From the NCBI RefSeq assembly GCF_009914755.1, contig NC_060930.1: a DNA stretch of 64,000 nt, one strand, 5' to 3'. Made by a program: the position numbers and the translations under genes. Of the stretch, positions 16,372 through 35,215 are shown in pieces. Below the pieces are notes generated by a model. The model had not been told where the DNA came from, ran no database searches, and was given only the letters and a program-made list of their open reading frames with translations. The first letter of the stretch is position 1. Every line of letters starts with the position of its first letter. The stretch comes from the human T2T-CHM13v2.0 reference genome, Homo sapiens.

Positions 16372-17196
16372 ATATTTCTTAAATTCTTTAATAATTGATT
16401 CATTATTTAATTTTAAATATTAGCAACCTATGTGGGGTGTATAACATATGCAGCAATAATAGCTACATATATAACTATAGCAGAAAAGACAAAAAGAGGT
16501 ATAAATTGAATTATTTTAAAGTTTTTCACATTGAACAAAATGGAAATAATATCAATTCAAAGCGGACTAATAAAAATGCATACTGTAAACTCAGGAACAA
16601 CCACTTGAAAATTTAAAAAGGGTATAACAAGAAAAACCAAAAGCAAATATAGAATGAAATATCACTCCCCCAACACAAATAGCTCAAAATAGAAAATGGA
16701 TAATTAGACAACTTATAAATGCAAATAGACTAAACAGTACATTAAAAAGCAGTGATTTCAGACTTAAATGTCCCTGTCTGACAGCTCTGAAGAGAGCAGT
16801 GGTTCTCCCAGCACGTAGCTGGAGATCTGAGAACGGGCAGACTGCCTCCTCAAGTGGGTCCCTGACCCCTGACCCCTGAGCAGCCTAACTGGGAGGCACC
16901 CCCAAGTAGGGGCAGACCGACACCTCACACGGCCCGGTACTCCTCTGAGACAAAACTTCCAGAGGAACGATCAGACAGCAGCATTCGCGGTTCACGAAAA
17001 TCCACTGTTCTGCAGACACCGCTGCTGATACCCAGGCAAACAGGGTCTGGAGTGGACCTCTAGCAAACTCCAACAGACCTGCAGCTGAGGGTCCTGTCTG
17101 TTAGAAGGAAAACTAACAAACAGAAAGGACATCCACACCAAAAACCCATCTGTACATCACCATCATCAAAGACCAAAAGTAGATAAAACCACAAAG

Positions 17197-18212
17197 ATGG
17201 GGAAAAAACAGAGCAGAAAAACTGGAAACTCTAAAAAGCAGAGCACCTCTCCTCCTCCAAAGGAACACAGTTCCTCACCAGCAACGGAACAAAGCTGGAT
17301 GGAGAATGACTTTGACGAGCTGAGAGCAGAAGGCTTCAGACGATCAAATTACTCTGAGCTACGGGAGGACATTCAAACCAAAGACAAAGAAGCTGAAAAC
17401 TTTGAAAAAAATTTAGAAGAATGTATAACTAGAATAACCAATACAGAGAAGTGATTAAAGGAGCTGATGGAGCTGAAAACCAAGGCTCAAGAACTACGTG
17501 AAGAATGCAGAAGCCTCAGGAGCTGATGCGATCAACTGGAAGAAAGGGTATCAGCAATGGAAGATGAAATGAATGAAATGAAGCGAGAAGGAAGTTTAGA
17601 GAAAAAAGAATAAAAAGGAATGAGCAAAGCCTCCAAGAAATATGGGACTATGTGAAAAGACCAAATCTATGTCTGATTGGTGTACCTGAAAGTGATGGGG
17701 AGAATGGAACCAAGTTGGAAAACACTCTGCAGGATATTATCCAGGAGAACTTCCCCAACCTAGCAAGGCAGGCCAACGTTCAGGTTCAGGAAATACAGAG
17801 AACGCCACAAAGATACTCCTCGAGAAGAGCAACTCCAAGACACATAATTGTCAGATTCACCAAAGTTGAAATGAAGGAAAAAATGTTAAGGGCAGCCAGA
17901 GAGAAAGGTCGGGTTACCCACAAAGGGAAGCCCATCAGACTAACAGCAAATCTCTCGGCAGAAACCCTACAGGCCAGAAGAGAGTGGGGGCCAATATTCA
18001 ACATTCTTAAAAGAAAAGAATTTTCAACCCAGAATTTCATATCCAGCCAAACTAAGCTTCAAAAGTGAAGGAGAAATAAAATACTTTACAGACAAGCAAA
18101 TGCTGAGAGATTCTGTTACCACCAGGCCTGCCTTACAAGAGCTCCTGAAGGAAGCACTAAACATGGAAAGGAACAACCGGTACAGCCGCTGCAAAATCAT
18201 GCCAAAATGTAA
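17197..18212 (+). pseudogene. Disrupted L1 ORF1p
   Basis: MGKKQSRKTGNSK... with stop at 17452-17454 and later frameshifts; RPNL and REKG motifs in the second fragment. Confidence 0.93.
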
Positions 18213-18260
18213 AGACCATCGAGACTAAGAAGAAACTGCATCAACTAACGAGCAAAATAA

Positions 18261-22100
<3,840 letters not shown>

Positions 22101-22769
22101 ACAATGAGAACACATGGACACAGGAAGGGAAACATCACACTCTGGGGACTGTTGTGGGGTGGGGGGAGGGGGGAGGGATAGCATTAGGAGATATACCTAA
22201 TGCTAAATGACGAATTAATGGGTGCAGCACACCAGCATGGCACATGTATACATATGTAACTAACCTGCACATTGTGCACATGTACCCTAAAACTTGAAGT
22301 ATGATAATAATAATAAAAAAATTAAATCTATAAAAATACATAAAGAAAACTTTAATTATTATTTGTTACTATGAGACTTGATTTCTTTAAAAGATCAAAA
22401 ATTTGTCCTCCTGAAACTAAATCTGTTTTCAAAAGAAAATCTGAATAAGTTTTTTGAAAATCTAATGTAAAGAAATATGTGTAATATATAACAGAAAATT
22501 TTAATATCCTTAACAAAAATATAGAATAAAAGCTGATATATAAAAAAGTAAACAATTCAACAAAGTATAAGCAAAATTTATGAATAAATACACAGAAGTA
22601 AGAATAGTAAGTAATAAACAAACATAAAAAAATCTTCAATACAGTGAGTGGTCAGAGACTGGCGTATTTACTGAGAAAAGGTTTTCACCTTTATGTTAGA
22701 AGGAGTGTGAATTTCTATAGCCTTTTCTGAGAATGTAATATATGTATAAATTGACGGCAATATATGTTC

Positions 22770-25319
22770 CAGGCATACATTGTTTTATTGCATTTTGCCT
22801 GATTGTGCTTCATAAATACCATGTTTTTGGTTTTTTTTTTTTTTTACAAATTGAAGTTTTGTGGCAACCTTGGGTACAGCAATATCGGCAGCATTTTTCC
22901 AACAGCAAGTGCTTACTTTGATTCTCTGTGTTACATTTTGGTAATTTTCAAAATATTTCAAATATTCTCATTATTTTATTGTATCAGTCACAGTGATCTA
23001 TGATCAGTGATCTTTGATGTTACCATTGTAACTATTTGTGGGTGCCATGAATTACACCCATATATGATGGTGAACTTAATTGATAAATGTTGTGTGTATT
23101 CAGACTGCTCCACCAACTGGCTGTTCCCCCATCTCCCTCCCTGTCCTTGAACATCCTTGTTCCCTAAAAGCAGTAATATTAAAATTAGGCCAATTAATAA
23201 CTCTACAATGACCTCTAACTGTTCAAGTGAAAAAAAGTCATATGTCTCTCACTTTAAATCAAAAGCTAGAAGTGACTAAACTTAGGAAGGCACATCTAAA
23301 GCTGAGATAGGCTGAAAGCAAGGACTCTTGGGCCAAACAGCCAAGTTGTGAATGGAAAGAAAAAATTCTTCAAGGAAATTAAAAGGGCTACAAGTGTTCT
23401 TGATGATATGAAGAAAGTTTTAGTAATCTGGATAGAAGATCAAACCAGCCACAACATTCCCTTAAGCCAAAAGCTAATCCAGAGCAAGGCCTTAACTGTC
23501 TCCAATTCTGTGACACCTGGGAGATGTGAAAATGCTGCAGAAGGAAAGTATGAAAGTAGCAGAGATTGGTTCGAGAGGTTTAAAGCAAGGTAAAAAGTGC
23601 AAGCTGAAGCAGCAAGTGCTGATGTAAAAGCAGCAGGTTATTCAGAAGATCTAACTAAGATAACGGATGAAGGTGGCTCAACTAAATAACAGATTTTCAG
23701 TATAGACAAAACATCTATTAGAGACATCTAGGACTTTGATATCTAGAGAGGAGAAGTCAATGTCTAGCTCCAAAGCTTCAAAGGATGAGCTGACTCCTGT
23801 CAGGGGCTAATGTAGCTGGTGACATCAGGGTAAAGCCAATGATTATTTACCATTTCAAAAATTCTAGGGTCCTTAAGAATTATGCTAAGTCAATTCTGTC
23901 TGTGCTCTATAAATGGAACAACAAAGCCTCAATGACAGCACATTTGTTTAGAGCATGATATACTGAACATTCTAAGCCTACTATCAAAACTTACTGCTCA
24001 GAAAGAAAGGTTCCTTTCAAAATGTTACTGCTCATTGACAATGAACCAAGTCACTCAAGAGCTCTGATGGACATGCACATGATTAATGCATTTTCAAGCC
24101 TGTTCACACAACATCTATTCTGTAGCTAATGGATCAAAATGTAACTTTGTCCTTCAAGTCCTATTATCTAAGAAATACATCTTGTAAGAATATAGCTGTT
24201 ATAGACAGTGATTCCTCCAATGAATGTGGGAAAGGTGAATTGAAAACCTTTTGGAAAAGATTCACCATTCTAGATGCCATTGAGAACATTCATGATTCAC
24301 AGGAGGTAGTCAAAGCTTCAAGACTTCAGTGGAGGAAGAAACTGCAGATGTGGTAGAAACTAGTGGAGCCTGAAAATGATGACTGATGCAATCATGATCA
24401 AACTTGAACGGATGAGGTGCTTCTTATGAATGAGCCAAGAAAGTTTCTTGAGATGACATCTACTTCTGGTGAAGATGCTGTGAACATGGTTGAAATGTCA
24501 GCAAAGGATTTAGAATATTCCATAAACTTGTTTGACAAAGCAGGGGCAGGGTCTGAGAGGACTGACTCTAATGTTGAAGGAAGTTCTACTGCAGGTGAAA
24601 TGCTATCAAACAGCGTCATAAGCTGCAGAGAAATTTTCTGTGAAAGGAAGAGTCCATTGATGTGACAGACTTCACTCTCGTCATATTTTAAGAAACTGCC
24701 ACATCCAGGCTGGGCACAGCGGCTCTGGCCTGTAATCCCAGTTACTCAGGAGGCTGAGGTGGGAGGACTGCTTGAGGCCAGGAGTTTGAGACCAGCCTGG
24801 GCAACACAGCAATTCCCTATCTCTAAAATAAGAAATGAAAAAAATTAGCTGGGCATGGTGGTGTGTGCCTGTAGTCCTAGCTACTCAGGAGGTTGAGGTA
24901 GGAGGATCCCTGGCGCCCAGGAGTTTGAGGCTGCAGTGAGCTATGATGATGCCACTGCATGTTGACAGGCTGAACAAGACCCCATCTTTAAAAAAGAAGG
25001 AGAAGAAAACAAATTGCCACATGCATCCCTACCGTTCTATGATTTGCAACCACCACCCTGGTCAGAAGCCACCAATACTGAGGCAAGACCCTTCACCAGT
25101 AAAAAGATTATGATTTGCTGAAGTCTTAGATGATCATTAGCATTTTTAAGCAACAAAGCATTTTTAAATTAAGGTGTGTATTTTTTAGGCATGATGTTAT
25201 TGCATACTTAGTAGAACACATGGTGTAAATACAACTTTTATATGCACTGGGAAACCAAAAAGTTTGTGTGACTTGCTTTATTATGAAATTTCTTTTACAA
25301 TACATCTGAGTTATGCTTG
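22770..25319 (+). mobile_element. Tigger1 (pogo-like DNA transposon), near full length, dead transposase, interrupted by AluJ
   Basis: Termini caggcatac...ttatgcttg; transposase remnants [57 protein letters not shown]. Confidence 0.92.
24708..25010 (+). mobile_element. AluJ nested in Tigger1
   Basis: J-type motifs; degenerate TSD aagaaactgccacatcca / aacaaattgccacatgca. Confidence 0.88.
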
Positions 25320-27267
25320 AACATACTGTATGCACACACGCACACACACACCCCTACCTTTGAAAAATCATAGAAAAATGCCTAAGATGACATTACAGGA
25401 AATAGACAGTTGCTACTGGAATGCAGAAAAATAGAATATTACTCTTTTTTATACCTCTATATTATTTGAATTATTAAAACAAACATGCATTGCCTTTCAA
25501 TGCATGTTTCAATGCATATTTGTTTTAATTGCTTTTCAAGTTATATGTCAAAAATTATTTAAACATGCACCACTACCACGTATGTACATGGGTACCAAAA
25601 GTGTTGTTATTTTTAGGTGAATGTTTAAATTTCCTATATTATAATAATCATTGTAATCATTCTGCTGAAAAGATTATATTCAAGAGGCTGGATACTAGTT
25701 ACATGATTCTTATTTACAACCCCAGAAGAAAAAAAAGAAAGTGTATGGGTTTCAGGAAACCAAGGGATATTTCATGAAGGCTCTATTTCCCTGATCTTCT
25801 GATTGCCATAAAAAAAAACTGAACAAACACCTGTTTCTACATGTCTTGGAACAAGGACTACACACAACCTGTTGGAGACATAAAGACTGTAGACCACACT
25901 TCTCATGTGGGCTGAAGGAAAAGAAAGACATGCTAGAACACCCTAATTGATGTTTAGGGGCTTTTCCCTGATACCATCCCTCTTTGTGGTCCAGGAAGAG
26001 GCCCTGGCAATGTCCTCAGACTGCCATGTGTGAAAATAAGATATCTTTGTATTGTTTTTCTTAAATAAGGTTCCCTAAATTGTATCAGTTTCAAGCTCTA
26101 CAAAATCTGGATCCATCCAGTTTGAAGGTAAGTTGAATCACAAATAACTGCTGCTTATCCAAAAGCATCAATATCATTATACAAATGGTACTTATTCTTG
26201 AAGAGGTAAACTTTATTAGATATCTATAGTCATTTGTAAAACCAACATTTTGTATTTGGTGTACCTGAGAGAATAGTGAATTATTTCTAAGAACTTTAAA
26301 ACAGTCTGTCCCAAAGAACAAAATGTAGGATCAGTACTTAATGAATCACAGAGGAGATATACAGAACACCTGAACAAAAAGTATAAATCCAAATTCAGCA
26401 AGAGTGGCAAAGAAGCAGTAAGTAAGTGCTCACCAGCCTAGGGATAAAGATGTCCTCACTTAAGCAGAAGTTGGTCAGACATGCAAACAGGAACAGGAAA
26501 GCCACAGAAATAAAAGCTAGTGTTACCACTACAAATTGTCAAGGGGAGATGGCAGGTTAGCCAATGAACTTTGATCTAATATACAGATGGGTGAACAGGT
26601 TCATAAAGAACATACCTGACCTATTTCTGAATCCACTAGGCAAGACACCCATCCTCAAAAACAAAAGGGCATCAGACTAATTTAGCCTGATTCCATTAGG
26701 ATATCTAATTTATCTAATCCTCCTTGTTGTAATTCCATGTTCACCAAATAAACTTTTCATTGCTACTTGGCTTTCTACCCCATGGGATGCCAATATTCTG
26801 ACCCTTGTGACTGCCTAATACAATTACAGATCAATAAAAGGGGAGTCCAGTTTCTACACCAATCACATTAGCTTGCTTAATAGGACTGGATTCTGGAAAT
26901 AGAATCCATTTTCATTTGCTCTTGAGTTTCTGAGGCCAATGGCCAGACCCTGAATGCTGATCAATGCAAGAAGGGACCTCTTGGAGAAACATCATTCCAG
27001 CCTTTCCTTTGAAAGTTGCCAATCCCTGTGTGATTAGTGTAACTTCCAATCTGTATTTTGATTATCCTCACTAGACATTGCCAGCAATCTTGTCAAACAA
27101 CAAAGCATCTAAAGTAAATATAAACAAGATGTACATAAAGTGAAAAACATGTAAATTTTTTACATTCCTTCTTTCAAATATAAGCTTACGCCACATTACA
27201 TTTCTTAAGTATCAATTTATTCCAGATAACACTTTCTGGGCTTCTAAGCTTTTAAAAATTATTTTTA

Positions 27268-27441
<174 letters not shown>

Positions 27442-29555
27442 CTAGGGAAAAAATACAAATAAAAACCACCAATAACAAGCACAAGCTCTAATCTTATGAC
27501 ATTTTTAGTTATTTGAAACTATATAGTCAGTCAATGACATCTGGCACACTAATGAAAGGTTTTGGGGTAACTTTTGTTTTTTTTGAATAGTTAGAAATGA
27601 CTAACGAAAACTGCGTTTTGGTTTCTCTTTAAGCTACAGAAACAATGAAGCTACCACTTAAATAAACTATTGCAACTATAATAACATCATTTACTACCAT
27701 AAAACCCCAGTGATTTAAATATATCTAGTTCTTGGATATTTCTAATAGTTTAAAAAAACTTGAAAATGTAAAATATTTAAGTTAAAGACTTTTCCTCTTA
27801 AGCTAATTAAAAACTTCAGTAATTTTTGTATTATACTAGAACCTTAATGGGCTAAAAAAGGCATCTATATCCTTGTCCACTTCAGGTTGTAACATACCAA
27901 AACATGCTTAATAGACAGTAATATATTTCTCTGTATCCTAGAAGAAAATGTCCTACAACCTCAATAAAATGTTTATTCAAACACATTAAAAACTCTAAGG
28001 GCAAGAGTACCTTTCCCTACAACACAAATCACTGAAGCTACGACAATTCTAGGACCATCTTCTATTCCCAAGGGAGGTGGGAATGGCAGATCATCACCCT
28101 ACACAACACCAGAACACTGGTAATCTGGATTCTATTGGCTCAGAATATCCTTCGTGTATTAATCTTTTAAAAACTTTATAATAATTTATTCCTGTGGAAA
28201 TTTTAAGGTTTTTATTTGTAATTGAGGGAAAAAAACCCTTTGTTGAAACTAAAAAGTTTGAGATAATTAAGATGCAGTCAATTTGCAGATTCATCAATTA
28301 TTTTGATATTATTTCATTATTGGTCAATATAGTACTACTCTAAGTTGATTTTCAATTAATTTCACTTTTCTTAATATACATTTATTGAGTTAAAATACAG
28401 TAAAAACACAATGATTGAAGCATATTTCTTTAAAAAATTAGACATCTCACTAAGACACTGTCTCTTCATATTCTTAAATGAAATTGTACATGCACCATTT
28501 GTTTTCAATTATCAGAACAGTTCCATATTATTTGCTCTTAAAGTCTTAGAAGTATTTGAATTATTGTATGATAAATGCAGCAAATGGACTCAGGTCTAGT
28601 TATTTATTTTCCTGACAATAATAGTAGTAAGACCTTACATTTGTAGAAAGTTCTACAGCTTACAAAGCACTTTGAAACACACGACTTCACTTTCAAATTA
28701 TAAAACTTATATTAGTTCAGAGTTCCCACATGGATTGTACATGAGATGCTATGAGATGAGCCGTTTGAGCATAGGCTGGTTAGTGACTGATGGGGACAAC
28801 GGGAGGGGACTCAGGCTTTGGGCTGGTGGCTGAACTCAATAATCATCCAAGCTCGACTCTCTTCAATTTTGTTGTAGAAAGTTCTAAGAAGGAAATATTG
28901 ATTCATGCTATGGTATCTGCTTTCCTTTGAAGTGACCGTAACTCACGTGAAGCAGGTAGCTCCTGCATCAACACTGAATGCCTGTCACCTCTATTTCCCA
29001 CTTCATGAACATGTTTCAGCATGTCTGGCTGGTGCTCACGCACACATCTGCTTTCAGCAGGTCATGTGAAGGGAATCACAGCTGATACAATTTTATGCTT
29101 TGTATTTGTATGCTTTACTCTCTTTATCACCAATAATTATCACCATAACCTGTTAAATTATAATATATAAAATATTCTAGTCTGCTGTTGACATTTAAAA
29201 AGAAATATCTCTAAAATAGGGTCTCCTTAGCCTAGGCTCTGTAAATTCTGTAGGGGGACAAAAGAGTTATAAACTCACTGCAATTCTACACACTGGATAT
29301 GTCATCTGTAAGCTCATGTTTTTATCAGAGTCCCAAAAGTGTCGACTGTCCCAAAGCAAGTTAAGATTTATTTTAAAGAATGTATATATTCTACTGACTA
29401 CTTTGGAGTCATTACTTTTCAGTATTAAAGGAAACTAGGTGAAAAAGCTCCATAGAGGGCTTTTATAATAAAAAGGTCTAACTCATTTACTGTCCCCTTC
29501 AATAATTTACAAGAGTAAAGGGAATGAATGAACAAACAAAAAATAAATATCTCCC

Positions 29556-29855
29556 TTTTCTTTCTTTGAGACAGAGTCTCGCTCTGTCACCAGGCTGGAG
29601 TGGATCTCTGCTCACCACAATCTCTGCTTCCTGGATTCAAGCGATTCTCCTGCCTCAGCCTCTAGAGTAGCTGGGATTACAGGGACGCACCACCACACCT
29701 GGCTAATTTTTTTTTTTTTTTTTTTTTTTGTATTTTTAGTAGAGACGGAGTTTCACCATGTTGGCCAGGATGCTCTTCATCTCCCGACCTCGTGATCTGC
29801 CTGCATCGGCCTCCCAAAGTGCTGGGATTACAGACGTGAGCCACCGCGCCCGGCC
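29556..29855 (-). mobile_element. Alu (AluSc-like) with expanded central T run
   Basis: Antisense dimer; flanking repeat tctcccttt. Confidence 0.92.
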
Positions 29856-30537
29856 ACGTCTCCCTTTACTTTAAGAGAATCTAGCATTTTGCTGCTATCC
29901 AAACTAAAGAAAATAAGGAAGGGAGATACAAGCAATGAAGCATAGCAGACAAACAGTATCTTCTTTAAACCTCCAACCTCACATTTGTTAACACATAATA
30001 AATCCTTATAATGCATTATAATACTTTTATACACCAATTGATAATTTTACTATAGTTACATAGTTTGAAGTCTATGTTAATTCAAGCTAGTTGATTCCAT
30101 TTTGCATAAATCAAGCATGAAATAGTAGACTTTTTACACCCACGAATGTTTCTAAAACTTAACGTGGGTGAACAGCATGTAATTCTTAACTCTATGGAAG
30201 CACACAGGGAGGCTCTGGTTGTATGTAAATGCTGTGGCTGAGATCTGATATTAGAGAATGGAAACAATGTTGAAATTGGTGCTGACGCTGAAAGATGACC
30301 CAGGGACTGCCTTGAATAGATGATTCTCAACACTCCTTCCAGCCCTTAATCATAAGGATCCTAAAGGCTGTTAGTATTCTGTCCACTGCTGGGGGATTAG
30401 GGAACCACCGCTTTTGGAAAAAAATGTCAACGATGCAACTAAGCGCATCAAACATTCATGATGGCAATGCCTTTACAATACATAGAATACTGATTTTGAA
30501 AGTTAATTACCTAGTACATGAAACCACATATTAGGGA

Positions 30538-30790
30538 GCATTATAGTACTGTAATTAAGAGCACCGATTTTGGAGCCAAATAATTCTATCTTTTAATGTC
30601 ATTCTGCCACTTACTAGTTATGTGACAAATAGATTACTTAACCTCCTTGATGCATATTATTCTCATCTGTAAAATGAAAATAAATTAATACCTATCTCAT
30701 GGGGATATAATAAAAATAAACTGTATTAAAATATGTACAAAATATTTAAGTTTCTGGTTCATTGTAAGTACCCAATACATGATAAAACGA
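30538..30790 (+). mobile_element. MIR
   Basis: ctgccacttactagttatgtgac...ttctcatctgtaaaatg core. Confidence 0.8.
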
Positions 30791-30804
30791 TTACTATTAT
30801 AATA

Positions 30805-30835
30805 GTGATGATTGATGATGATGATGATGATGATA
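30805..30835. repeat. (GAT)n microsatellite
   Basis: Direct reading. Confidence 0.85.
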
Positions 30836-32683
30836 AAATCTACCAGTACAACTTCCACAGTCAGAGTTAAAAAAGGAAAGACAGATGAAAAAACAAATAT
30901 ATGCCTAAAAGAGAATTTGATAGCCAAATACCTTTTCTATTCAGAACACAGCTGTAGAAAAGGACGGATTTAAACTAGCCACTTTGTCATATATTTTAGA
31001 TTACCAGTACAGGTAGTGTTGAATATAAGTACAATAATTTTGCTATAATTGTAATATACAACAGCAAATTGTATCTAGTGCAGACGAATTGGAAGAACTC
31101 TCTAGCTAAGTAACAGAAATAGTGCTTCTATAAAGAGTAGTAAGAAGTCACGGGATCCCAAAATGTTGGTATAAATAGATAACTTTCTGAAATATGATCA
31201 CATTTCAAAAGCAACAGATAATTTAAGATTAGTGGAACATTAAGAAAATGTTCTCAATAATGAGAATAATCATTCCTAATTGGTCTGTTTTCTAAAATTT
31301 TGACTATTTTTAAAGTCAAAATGGGCTATTAAAAAAGGCAAAGAAAAAGTATAGTTTCAATGTTCAAAATAATCATTCATATCTTATGAGTAAACAGAAT
31401 AAATTGATTTAATATTCCAGCAATAATGATTCAATTACCATTACTAATTGTAAGCTAGTAAGTTTTAGGCAAGAAAACAAAGCTCACCTACGTTCTTGGA
31501 TGTGACTGTCCACACAAAACAGTCTGCTCACATGAAGGCATTCTGCTTGCCTTCTTCCCCTGCTCAGTGTCTCAGTTCTCTGCCCCACCGGACACAGCTA
31601 CTCACTTTCCTCACGTAAAGCTTCAGTTTCAGTCTCTGAGTGCTGGTTCTGCCCACTCTGCATCTTCCCCTCCCCATGCTCTACCTTCACACTTCCACTT
31701 GTGCCCATATCAACAGCCCCAGAGGTGGGCCTGTGAGTCCAGAGGTGAAGAAGGGGCAGTGACTCTCCTCATCAGCTTCTAATTCAGAAGAAGTGGGAAG
31801 CTAAACTCACAAACAGAAAACTTCAATACAGTGTTAAAAACAAAAAAACAAACAAAACACTAAGATGTATGTATGCTTGAGGTGCTCAGGCGCTATGTAA
31901 AAGGGGGCAGTGCTGTACCCCAGTCATGTGGGGATACACTCAAAGAATTTTACAGGATGAGGTCATGCCTGAGTGGGGGGCCACAAGAAAGGGTGTGGGG
32001 TAATTACATGTAGAGAGAACCCGGCCAATGGCACAGGGTTAAGATACGGTCTGAAACTACAGAAGCAGAGCAGATCTGTAGTCCTGGAACAGACAGGGGC
32101 CACTCATGAAAGACTTGTATATCCACTAAGAAAACAGGAAATTATTCCAGAGGCCCCAGAGAGTCACTAATGACTTTTAAACAGGAGAAAAACATATTCA
32201 GACATATACTTGGAGGACGGATTTGGGACACAAACACTTGGAGAAACAGTGATGGATGAGGAGGAAAAGGCGGAAAAACAGACAAAATACGATGAAGGCT
32301 GAAACCGAGATGTCAAGTAGGGATGGTGCTTGCCACTTGGGAGCTGTAGTGGTCAGAGGGGCCAGATTACCATTTACTAGAGACTCAAGGGACTTTCCTG
32401 TCTGCTAAATGTCCACCATGAGCTCTACACAGCGACGGGCCCCAAACACCATGAAAACAATCCTGATGGCCAGCATTAAGGCACAATGGGAAGCTCAGGG
32501 AAAAATGAGAACGCAGACTGACCTTCTCTGCAGATGCTCTTGTATTTACCCTTACTTCATGACTTAATCTCTTCCCATTGCCCACTCAACACGGGATTAT
32601 CTACTGCATCCCTATCACTGTGACCAAGGTCAAGGCAAGCTGTGAGCAAATACCCACTTCCTGCTTTTCCCTACCATGAGTAA

Positions 32684-32702
32684 CGTGTGTGTGTATGTGT
32701 GA

Positions 32703-32745
<43 letters not shown>
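32684..32745. repeat. (TG)n microsatellite followed by a G run
   Basis: Direct reading. Confidence 0.92.
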
Positions 32746-32747
<2 letters not shown>

Positions 32748-33596
32748 GGGGGGGGCGACTAAAGGTTAGCTTTTCAAGTCTATTGTATTATTCTCCTTGC
32801 TTGCTGTTGTCACTGTGTTAGCCAGCAGTACTCTTCTGAATGCCCTGCTTATCCAGTAGATACCACTGGCAGCCATAGTGAAAGCTGGCACTCAGGTTGG
32901 CAAAACTATAATAAGCAGCCACATATGCAACACACACCTGTGAAGATGCCTGATGAGGAACTATTTCCAACCATCATACACAAAATTGCTTACGTCCTAT
33001 CTGTCTGTGTGGCCAGAGGATGGGCAGCGCCATGCTCGTAATCATCTGTGTGGCAATGCAGATCAAGAAAGCAATGGGAAAAGTCTTTTGTGGATAAACA
33101 GAAGTATCACAGGTATTCATATTATGAAACTATATATTGTTCTTATTTTAATGACTGGAAGTTGGAATTTTTAACTGTTACCCAAGGATAGCATCTTAAT
33201 TAGTCAAGCTTGTAGGTGTCTTTTGATGAAACATAAAATCAGCAGGACTTGGTGGTAACAGGATGGAGGGATGGGAAGATAAAGCTAAAGAAGGGAAAAA
33301 TGATGACTCTAAGGTCATCAGCCTGCATTCCTGGGTCAATGAGATTGCCACCACAGAGATATAAAATACAAAAGGCACCTAAATAAGTATAATACCAAGC
33401 ACAATTCGGGCATACTGAATACAGGGTTCAACTGCTTGGGCAGAAGTCCTATTGAGCACTAGGCAGAATTACATGGGTACGAGAGTCCTCAGGGCACCAC
33501 TGTCAGAGCCACAGGTGTGCCAGGTGGTGGGCCAATGAGAAGAACAACATAAGGGCAGAAGTCAGGGGACTCAGGCCTTCCTCACTCTGACGGTGA

Positions 33597-33708
33597 GTTC
33601 CAGAGGACAGGGATTTGTGGTTGCTCTGTTTATCACTATATCCCCAGTGCCTAAAACAGTTGTTGGCAAATAGAAGGTGCTCAGTAAGTATGTTTGTTAT
33701 TAAATTGG
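33597..33708 (+). mobile_element. L2 3' end
   Basis: tatccccagtgcctaaaacagt...gtgctcagtaagtatgtttgtt. Confidence 0.7.
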
Positions 33709-34795
33709 ATTTCAGGGACCAGTTAGATGAATCCAAAAAAACACTCAGAGAAGTATCATGAGGATTACTGCAAAATCAGCCAAGTGTACAGAAATTTTCC
33801 GAAGAGGAAGACACTCTTCCCTGAATGTTCCTGCCCATGTAGATTGGGTTGTCTGTTTATGGCCCCAATATTATTTCTCTCTGGGCGTAGCTCAAATTGA
33901 AGGGATTTGGTCAATCGAACATATAAATTTGTTTTCAAACTGGCAGTGCTTTTCATCTGAATTCGCAGCAATCCCTAATCCTTATTCCCAGCTTCTGTTT
34001 TTGCAATGTACCTAGCACCTTATCTTCTCTACGCAGAACAAATTTGTCATTATTATTAATTCACCAATGACTGAAATTCCAGCTCTAATATCTGAACCTA
34101 TTCTCCCATGCCTTTTTGAATGCCAACAGCTTACCTGTCTGAACTTAACTTACTGCCATGAGCTCCTGTTACTAGTTCTGATCTGTTTTTAGGAACACCG
34201 CCTTAAGTAATCTGCAAGCCCCACATCGCGGAGGGTTTGCCAAAATGGAGGCAAACCACCCTAAACCTCCATTTTTGATGGCAGCAACTGGGCCAAGTCT
34301 TCCTAGGGTTTAGGTGGACCTGGAGCTTCACCATCCCCACCTGCCTTGATGTGACTGCTATATTACAAGGTTTATTTATTATTCTGCTCAGGGGCAATAA
34401 ACTTTGCAATCTGGCCTCCTTCAAAACTAATCCTATTATATTTAATACAGCCTTTCTAAAGAAACTCTATATTGGCTATTAAAATTCAGCTGTGATTAAA
34501 CTGCTAGCAATGTTGTACTGTCAAATGCATGAATTCATTTAGGGCATGGGATGCTAATTCAGTGACTCCTAATTATTTTTAAGTGAAGTCATCCTGATGT
34601 TGTTTCTGGCGTTTATTCTTCTTAAACAAACAAATAGTCTCCAATGATGAATGAGGTCAAAGTAGACATTAGCTGTCATAAAGTTTTAGAATGTTCATCC
34701 ATTTACAAAAAAGCATGTTTTACATATATGTGTAAATATATGTACACATACATATACACACAAGCCTTTTATCCTGCTTAAATTTCTATGTATGC

Positions 34796-35215
<420 letters not shown>

